This document shows, piece after piece, positions 1 through 59,653 of a stretch of 59,653 bases of DNA. The stretch is from Octopus bimaculoides (Eukaryota). Both the position numbers and the translations under genes were made by a program. Position 1 is the stretch's first letter; each line of letters starts with the position of its first letter. Under the pieces are notes generated by a model, which saw only the letters and a program-made list of their open reading frames with translations, did not search any database and was not told the origin of the DNA. The stretch spans positions 12,985,496 to 13,045,148 of the forward strand of contig NC_068988.1 of NCBI RefSeq assembly GCF_001194135.2. The letters run 5' to 3'.

Positions 1-39
<39 letters not shown>

Positions 40-53
40 TAAATATATATATA
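1..53. repeat. (AT)n microsatellite
   Basis: Direct reading. Confidence 0.95.
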
Positions 54-1003
54 TTATTTATATATGTATAACTATTGTCAAGTTTACATCTGCTCCCTGC
101 TGGCTTTTTGATGCCCTCTCGTTTTTTCCATCAGTCATATCTCCATCACGCATCCTCTTTTCCATTCCCTGTATTATGCTGCCAGTAAAAACAAGGAAGG
201 CAGCAGATCTCTTCTGTTAGACCTTTGCATCTCTCTGACACTCAGCCACTTTTCCATTCACCCTATGATACCACCTGTGTAAGAAGGGATGGTAAAGGAC
301 TAACTATATTTCAACTGCACAACCGCCATCCTTATCGCTCTCTCCTTCCCCCTTCATGAGTTCTTGTATGTATAAGAGATCGCATCAGACATGTTTGTAT
401 TCAACATCTCTATTCCCTGGTTACTTGTTTTAGATATCCAGCATGCTGGCAGAATGGCTAGTGCATCAGACAAAATGCAACATTTTTTTCTGGCTCCTTG
501 CATTCAGAGTTCAAATTTTGCTGAGGTTGCCTTTGTTTTTCATAATTTCAGGATCATTAAAATAAATATTAGTAGCTCACTAAGGTCAATGTAATTGATA
601 AACCCTCCCCTTAAATTACTAGTCTTTCATAAAACATGTGGAACCATTATTATTTTTCATTCTTGCTCCCCTTCTATCATCCTCTCACTGCAAATCACTC
701 ACTTTCTACTATTAATCTCTAGCTCCCTTCACTCTCCCATCCAGTGTTTTTGGTTGTCACTGACTTCTGTCCAACTTTCTTCCCTGTCACATTACCTTGA
801 GTGAATGAATACATCACAGAATAATGTAGACCTTTGCATTTAATTTTTACATACTACAGGACAAACTCTAAAGTGCTGGAGCTATGATGAAATGCATCCA
901 GTTTCCTTTGAAAAGTGGTTGATGAATGCATGGAGGTAAAGTGGGATTGAGGAGAAACTTTTATCATATTGAGGACATAACAGTTCCTCTGGGGCCTTGC
1001 TCA

Positions 1004-1112
1004 GAAACAGGTGAGGGTTGGTAATAAGAAAGGCATCTACCTGTAGAAAATTTGCCCCAGTAACCTTCATCCAACCTATGCAAGCATAGGAAAGTGAACA
1101 TTAAAATGATGA
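1004..1112 (+). mobile_element. RTE-tail-related repeat module (variant B2)
   Basis: GAAACAGGTGAGGGTTGG..GAAAGGCATCTACCTGTAGAAAATTTGCC...CATTAAAATGATGA. The same module recurs at about 17590-17690, 24640-24722 and 46720-46790. Confidence 0.6.
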
Positions 1113-1249
1113 AATCAAACACCTCCTAATTGGTTCTGTAAGCAACGCAGCTTGCCTCTTTAGAGAAACTCACTCATTTATGAGAGGCCTATTGAGTCAG
1201 GTCAGATGTGGGGGCATGTGTTTGTTGCAGCACATGGCTGCATTCACCA

Positions 1250-1620
1250 TTTTTTGGTAGATTCCCTGGCAATCTGTTGAACAGAGTCCCAGTCAATCCC
1301 CATCTATGTAAGTTATCTCCTCATTTACCATGAACATGTAGTCAAACAACACAAGTTGGATCCTTAGTGAAGGTAACATGGTAAGCAGAGTCTGACTCAG
1401 AAAATCGAGCAACATGGCCAAACAGTCTGCTTGAATTTTGGAAATTCTGTCATTGTAGTGAAAGCTATTGAAAATGTTGGCCTTGTCTTTGTGAAGAGTT
1501 CACCACTAAGAACAGGAAGCGAATGACTGTAGTTCATTCATACTGTCCAATGGAATTGTATCAATAAACTGTCTAGACAACCAAAAATATCAAGTGCAAT
1601 ATTGTTGCTTTCAGGATACA
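1250..1620 (-). mobile_element. Degenerate non-LTR retrotransposon C-terminal remnant (RTE-like)
   Basis: The minus strand around 1405-1429 translates as SRLFGHVARFSESDSAYHV, resembling the LRxFGHVxR motif downstream of the RT domain. Stops and frameshifts surround it. Confidence 0.45.
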
Positions 1621-1687
1621 ATCTTGGAGAAAAACTATACTGTTACACACTATCTCAAGAAACAACAAATGCAGATGAGAGAGCCTC

Positions 1688-1848
1688 TATGTGGCCTGAA
1701 ATTTTGGAGGAGGGGTCTAGTTGATTACATCAACTCCAGTACTTATTTCATTGATGACCTTGGCGGAAATTGAACACAGAGCATAAAGATAAATGAAATG
1801 CTACTAAACATTTTGTCCAGTGTGCAAATGATTCTGCCAGTTCACCTT
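1688..1848 (-). mobile_element. tRNA-derived SINE, family C, truncated
   Basis: Reverse complement matches the family C copies at 17959 and 18704 (GAACTGGCAGAATC...TTCAATTTCCGCCAAGGTC...GATGTAATCAAC...AAAATTTCAGGC). Confidence 0.6.
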
Positions 1849-3217
1849 AGTATTATTATTAACAATAACACCTTAAATATTCTCTACAATGGATACAGCA
1901 AAAGTATTTGATTCTGTTATTCACAATGAACTCTTGCAAATAATGCAATCTTATGAATTTAACTTACAAATAGTAAAATGCAAAGATTATTTATTTCATA
2001 ATCATCATTTAATTTCTCTCCTTTTTCATATTTGAATGGGTCTGACAGAATTTGTTGCGGCAGATTTTCTATGGCTGGATGCCCTTCCTGTGGCAACCCT
2101 TGTCTGTTTCCAAGCAAGATACGGTTTTCCCAGGGTCAGATATATTTTTTAATGGAAGACTAGAAATGAACAATATCACTTGTCTGATGGTGATGTTTGT
2201 TAAAAAATCATTATCCTATGATATCAAGACAAGAGCACACACACACACATGATGGGATAATCATAGTTGAAGTACCTTTGATAATCGGTTTACTCAGTCA
2301 GATTTGACCTAGGGCTAAATATCAACTACATGATCACTGATACCCCTAACTGTCAATACGTGTTTTGATTGGTTGATATAATTCTAATCTATTTCAATAA
2401 GGTTTTGATATTAAGCTACTTGTTAAACAGGTCCAACTAAAGGATATAAAGTAAATAATTGGGTTCGAAGAAACTTAAACATTTCTCTTTCTCCTCTAGT
2501 TAACATTTTGTTCTCCGTTTTCGTCTGACACTATCAATTCAGTACTATTAGAAAAGATGAACACTTCCAACAAAAGGTGCCGCCCATAACGTCTAACTTT
2601 TCCTCTTTCTCTCGACAAACCAATTTATTCTACTTTTGAAATCTTTATATAAGGAATATAAATTATCAGATGTTGTTTAGATATTAAAAAAAATGTTAAA
2701 AACCCTTTCACAAACTATATATATACAGATGTAATTTTGAGGTGTACAATATACATAGTCTTAAATTAAAAATAACATTGGCTTCGACCAGTGTCACAAG
2801 CTAAGATTAAAAAGCAGGGTGGTAAGTATAATGGTATACTGAACCGCTTCTTACGTTGCCAGGCAAGCTACAATTTCTTCTTAATCTAGGGCAGTAATAA
2901 GCTTGTGTCTCGTTAAATCTCGTGTGATTTTGTTTCCCGCCACTGAACCACGTGGGGAAGGTAGGGGACATGTTTTGTTGTGTTTGCCTGATCAAATAAC
3001 TTCCCAACTATATCTATCAATCGTCCACTATTATAAACAACTGTAAAAGAATTGCCTGAGATTAGAACTATTTATATAATTCGCCGAGTAATTGAACTAG
3101 GGCTTTGCGCCGTTTTCCTACCTCCTATCTCGATCATCCTTACATTTATCGCTGAGCAGCACTCTTCCATAACAAAACAATCCACAAGTTTTAGAATCCG
3201 TATCTTCTCCTTTTGTC

Positions 3218-54396
<51,179 letters not shown>

Positions 54397-54495
54397 AATT
54401 ATCATTCTATAACTAACTGTTGCTTTCACTGCCATTATTTTCCTTATAGTTCACTTTTGTGTGTTCTTTGGTCATGGAATATTCTCACTTTCATA

Positions 54496-54501
54496 AATAA
54501 A
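54496..54501 (+). terminator. Candidate proximal polyadenylation signal AATAAA
   Basis: First AATAAA, about 100 nt after the stop codon. The sequence is AT-rich, so a chance match is possible. Confidence 0.35.
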
Positions 54502-56044
54502 CACTCTTTGTCTCATGTAGCTTGACACCACACACTTTTCAAACCAAACTACTAAGTTTTCTGTCTTCCATCTTACATTCCAGTTTTGCTTTTTTTTTTC
54601 TTCCAATCTTTTATTGATTAATAATCTTCATTATTCAACTCAACTGGATTTTTAAAATTTGGATTTAGTGATAAAATCTAAGATTAAATAATAATAATAA
54701 GCTGAAAAAGAGAGCATTGATAATGAATTTCTTTAAATACTTCTCTAATAATGAACTGTAGAAGGGGTTTTTCTGTCTTTCTCTTGAGATTTATGCTTTT
54801 TTTCCCACTAAATTCTGTTCTGGCTGGTTTGTAACCGTTTGCTATCCTTCTCATATGTAAATATTATTTTATAAAACCAATCACTAACTGTCCTCAACCA
54901 TAACTTGGCAACTACATTCTTGACACTAATAACTTAAAAGCTATTTTTCTACAGACATAAAAAAAAAAGATGTTAATGGCTTTTATTTTTCACCAATTTC
55001 TTTTTTAATCCCCAAATCTATAGTTATCTCACATCCAGTTTATATTTTCAGATCTTTCTCTTTAATATTGACTTCAGCACATTCTTTTGTTAGAATTTAT
55101 ATTCTATATTGTTTTTAAAAGATTTTATTTTTTTGCCATCTTATGGAGCCAGGGTTAACTTTAAGACTTTTTATCCTGTTGTTGTTTTGCTTGGATAATT
55201 TCATTCTTAATATTCTCCTTAATGATTTAAATTATTGCTGTTCTTCCTATATTTTAATTTTTACCCTATTTTAACTACTTCCACTCTTCTATATCTTCTG
55301 CATTTCATTTTTCGTTAATATTTAGCTCATTCACAATTGTCTCTCTAACAAGAACTTATACTCAATAGGGAATCACTTAATATTTTGATGGAACTGCAAT
55401 ACCCAAAAGATATTTACTGAGAAAACATCCTTTCCTGATAGTCAAGATAATTAGTTCAATACATTTCAGTTTTTATTGTTTTTGAACTTTTGGTGTTTTT
55501 AGTTTATCATATTTAATGCACAAAAAACAAACAGGCATATTAAACAGACACATACCAATTCTTGCAGTGCATATTCAGGAAAAAAAAAACTTTAATGCAT
55601 TGCAGCATTTAATACTAACTTTTCATATAGAACCCAGGGTGGTTTTTTTTCTTTTTTGAGATTTTTTTTGGGGAAAATGCATCTTGTATGATACTTTAGC
55701 AAATGGATTTTTATTAAGAAATGATAATTTAGTCTAATAGTGTGGTTTCTTATTTCTTTAGTCTTTTCTTCCAAACAGTCATTATAATGAGTCTTTTACC
55801 TGAAATTTGTGGAGGATGAGAGAAAAAAAAATTATAAGCTATTGGAGACGTGAATGTGAATCCTTATGTATGTCTGTAAGTTAATGAAGCTGATTTTTAA
55901 ATGTGTCCAGTCGTTTCATTATTCGTTCCTTTGTGCACATGTGAATTTACACTAGAACTCATCCAAATTGTACAGATATTGGTAACTTGGCATCAGTTGT
56001 CTGCCAAATGAATTCTCTCTTTTTGCAGCTGCAGATATCTAGAT

Positions 56045-56242
56045 CGGTGGTTCTCAACCTTTTTAATATCTGGGCCAGATCCAAAACATGGATCTTTTTA
56101 AGGGGGCCACATGAAAAAAATAAATAAATAAATAAAACAAGTCAATTAAAGAAAAATTTATATTTATAGAGACCATTGAGGGCTGCCAGAAGGACGCTTT
56201 AGAGTCGCATGCAGCCCTGGGAGCCATGGTTAAGAACCACTG
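56045..56242. mobile_element. hAT (Charlie-like) MITE with 8-bp TSD
   Basis: TIR CGGTGGTTCTCAACC...GGTTAAGAACCACTG. TSD ATCTAGAT (56037-56044) and ATCTGGAT (56243-56250) match at 7/8 and fit an NTCTAGAN-type target. Confidence 0.8.
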
Positions 56243-56604
56243 ATCTGGATACTTTATTAGAGTTCTGCTGTAGTGGTTCCATAGTGTGTGTATAATTATC
56301 AAAATAAAATTTTATTATATATAAATATATCTGCTTTTTTTTTCTTTTCTTTCTTTAAATCATTTTCCATGAAATAAAAATAATTTACTGAAATTGTTTG
56401 TGGTTTCTTCATTTTTGAAAAATATCTTTTCATTTCCATTATGAGGTACATTTTTAAAAACCCTTTTGATACAAACTTCCTGTTTTCAAGTGATCTAAAT
56501 TAAAAACTTTCCTTCAAAATTTCATGTTAATATGGTTTCAAACACTGATTCGATAATGACAGTTAATTTACTAAATTCATAACATAGTCATAGGTGTTCA
56601 GTCT

Positions 56605-57135
56605 AGGGCCTCCTTCGGTCAAGCTGACCATGGGCAGTAACCTTGCTGTTTTCGGCTCAGCTGGAGCAGCATCTCTGGTGGCTAAACAGACCTATACATG
56701 AGTGACAGTTTCTGTCACATAGAGCACATTTGTATATGGTCTAATGTCTGTCGGAGTAACTGCACCCTTTTTGCTGGACCCACTTGTCTGTTGCTGTGCT
56801 CATTAACTTTTCCTCTAACTTGAGGTATTCATTCAGGGTGCTCCTCCATGTTGGCCAGTCAGCTGCTTAGCTCTCCCCGCAAGAGTCTGCATTGATGACA
56901 AGGCCCTTCAAATCTCTCTTTACAACATCCCTGTATTACAGCTAAGGTCAAACAGTGGCTTTTCTTCCAGATACCAGCTCCCCATAGAGACTGTCCTTTG
57001 GGATGTGGCCATCCTTCATGCAGTGGATATGTCCTAGCCAGTGCAGTCTGCATTGTTGAAGAAGGATGAACATGCTGGGAAGGCCTGCATGGTTCAGGAC
57101 CTCTGTGTTGCCAGGGTGTAGCGTAGGCTTCTCAG
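56605..57135 (-). mobile_element. Decayed RTE (BovB/RTE-1-like) LINE 3' fragment with C-terminal zinc finger
   Basis: Minus strand gives NTEVLNHAGLPSMFILLQQCRLHWLGHIHCMKDGHIPKDSLYGEL...YRDVVKRDLK...WRS...YKCALCDRNCHSCIGLFSHQRCC, with in-frame stops, then a short tail CCATGGTC...GAAGGAGGCC. Confidence 0.85.
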
Positions 57136-57148
57136 ATGGAAGGTGTTA

Positions 57149-57223
57149 AGTCATGGGTGTTAGTAAAATAATAATAGTCTTGGATGATAGTCATGGGTGT
57201 TAGTAAAATAATAATAGTCTTGG
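57149..57223 (+). repeat. Local 35-bp direct duplication (period 40)
   Basis: AGTCATGGGTGTTAGTAAAATAATAATAGTCTTGG at 57149-57183 and 57189-57223, plus a partial third copy at 57228-57240. Confidence 0.9.
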
Positions 57224-58186
57224 TCACTAATAGTCTTGGATGTCATTTGATTTCCTCTTGAGAAAGAAAAATGATTTTTTGTTCAGTTTGATTCTTGTTG
57301 CTAACTGTATTAATTTTATATAAGAATGTTTGCCCTTCAATAATGGTATTACAACTCCTCTATAGGAAAACAAAAATATAACTTTGCTGAAGCTCTTCGT
57401 TCCAGGCAATGGATCGTGGCCCAATTTGGATTTCACCTTCAAGGCTTTTAGTCAAGTATAGCCATACTTATCTGCAACTAAAGCTAAATATAATTGATTT
57501 ATGTGCTCTATGATGTGTTAAGTAATTTTTTTTATATAAACTACAAAGTTTAATGTGTGCAGACATGTTATGTGGTTAGAAAGTTTGCTTTGAGACTATG
57601 TGGTTCTGAGTGCTATCACACTGCACTGAACCTTGGACAAACATCTGTTGCCATATACTCAGTTTGACTGATGCTTTGTGAGTGGAATTTGGTAGACAAA
57701 AAACTATGTGTTCACATATATAATTTCTTTTCTTCATTTGACATCCATGTTTCGATGTAAGGGCAGATTTTTCTCAAATCAGATGCCCTTCTTGTTGCTG
57801 CTGACCTTACCTATATCCAAGCAAGAGTAATATTTTCCCCCTGTGGCTGAAAATGCTTTTCATGAAAAACTGGAAACATGAAACCTTGCTTCAATGATGA
57901 TGAAGTTCATTCACACATATGACAGGCTTCTTTCAGTTTCTATTTACCAAATCCACTCACATGCAGTGGGATTGAACCTGAAACCATGTGGCTGGGAAGC
58001 AATCCTCTCGACAGAGCAACACCTGCATATAATGTGATTAAATGAAATAAATGTATAAAAAAAGCAGAGATTTAGTATGTTAAAAGCAATGATTCATTGT
58101 TCCAAACAGGTCAGCCACTGGTTCATTGCATTTATAATAGTAAAGGTGACAAGGTAGTGTCTGTACTACTCAGCCTGAACAAATTC

Positions 58187-58223
<37 letters not shown>

Positions 58224-58254
58224 TATATATATAAAAATATATATATATATAAAT

Positions 58255-58291
<37 letters not shown>

Positions 58292-59325
58292 GGGAAGAAC
58301 TAGTTTTAAGATATCTTTTGCTGGTGTATTAGAATACTACACATATTCCATCTAACAAATTACACTATAAAGGCATCGATCAATCTGAAGCTGTGGAATT
58401 GAATCTGTAACTATATGGTAGTAAAGTAAACTTCATGCTGCCATATCTATGCCAAAATTATCTCAGTTTCTAGCAACTAAATTCTTGCTGTGTATATATT
58501 ATCAAGTTGTAGTGATATTGAATTTAGCTCCATCACAAGGAATATCTAACCCTTGCTTGAAGTCATAGAGTTGAAATTTAAAAACAAAAAAATGGAAATT
58601 GGCATAATGGCAAAAAAAAATTTACACTGGTTATTTTGGTTAAAAAGCCATTCAGATATTTTATACAAGATAACTGGATTGACTACTGGGAATTTAATCG
58701 TTTTGTTACCATGTCTTTGCTGAAACACAGTCTTTGTTTCTACTAATTTGAAAAATAATGAAGAATTTTGTAAAATAATTGTCATTATTAAGATGGTGTC
58801 TGGAACATAAATTAGCATGGAATTTTGATGAAAGGTTTCAAACAGGAGGTTTATATAAAATTAGGGATGCTTTCATGCAGGTTGATATCAAACGGTTAAA
58901 TAAGAAGTTGAACTGAAGTGATTTGCTATAGCAAAGCTTAGTCAGAGAATGAAATCACCATAGACAACTGTAAGAGTAGAAATAATAGATAGATTATCAA
59001 ATAAAAAAAATGTGGAATAGGTAATGTAGTAGATGGTGATGAAAATGAACATTTCTATGAAGAGTGTGACAATCCAGAAACAGCTAGAAGCCATAATGGT
59101 GGTGTGGAAGACAGATTGATGGCATCATTGTTAATAGTAAACTAAACACAGTCTTCTACTAATCAAGAAACATTTACATTAATGATTAATGAGTTTTAAA
59201 GTGCCGAGTAGTGAGCTGACAAAGGAGACACACACACGTGTATATATATATATACAAACCCTTTCCCCTCTGGATTTAATGGGTTTGTCATGCACTACCT
59301 GTCTTCACAGTATTCTTTTATTTAT

Positions 59326-59653
59326 CATCATCATCATCATCGTTTAACGTCCGCTTTCCATGCTAGCATGGGTTGGACGATTTGACTGAGGACTGGTGCA
59401 ACCGGATGGCTACACCAGGCTCCAATCTAATTTGGCAGAGTTTCTACAGCTGGATGCCCTTCCTAACGCCAACCACTCAGAGAGTGTAGTGGGTGCTTTT
59501 ACGTGTCACCCGCACGAAAACGGCCATGCTCGAAATGGTGTCTTTTATGTGCCACCCGCACAAGAGCCAGTCCAGGGGCACTGGCAACGATCTCGCTCGA
59601 AAACCCTACAAGGCCAGTCAGGCGGTACTGGCAACGGTCACGCTCAGGATGGT
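59326..59653 (-). mobile_element. Well-preserved family B (RTE 3' UTR-type) repeat with tandem hairpin units, runs off the window end
   Basis: (ATC)n tail, complete B module, retained CpGs, and two GCCAGT-N8-ACTGGC hairpins at 59566-59585 and 59613-59632. Confidence 0.85.

Overview
AT-rich animal genomic DNA with three assembly gaps. The SINE, RTE and MITE repertoire looks like octopus (inferred, not database-checked). The window holds one complete protein-coding gene on the + strand: UHRF1, the maintenance-methylation E3 ligase (UBL-TTD-PHD-SRA-RING). It has 17 coding exons from ATG 3218 to TGA 54396, giving a 2649-nt CDS and 882 aa; every splice junction was read by hand and is phase-consistent. 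A 29.9-kb first intron splits the UBL domain. The rest is intronic or intergenic DNA packed with tRNA/CORE-type SINEs, RTE LINE fragments and their 3' UTR derivatives, Tc1/mariner remnants, piggyBac-like and hAT-like MITEs, and microsatellites. I found no evidence for a new multi-gene system, CRISPR array or prokaryotic element. The best second-look items are: a ~112-aa expansion inside the tandem Tudor domain carrying an ARK motif; three E2F 10-mers around a CpG-rich promoter; a GC-AG intron in the SRA region; an extra intron relative to human; a Tc1/mariner element apparently built from two inverted 3' ends; a perfect 3x117-bp triplication inside a TSD-bounded SINE; and modular SINE/RTE-tail elements with conserved hairpins. 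All human UHRF1 comparisons come from my recollection of the human sequence and need an alignment to confirm.
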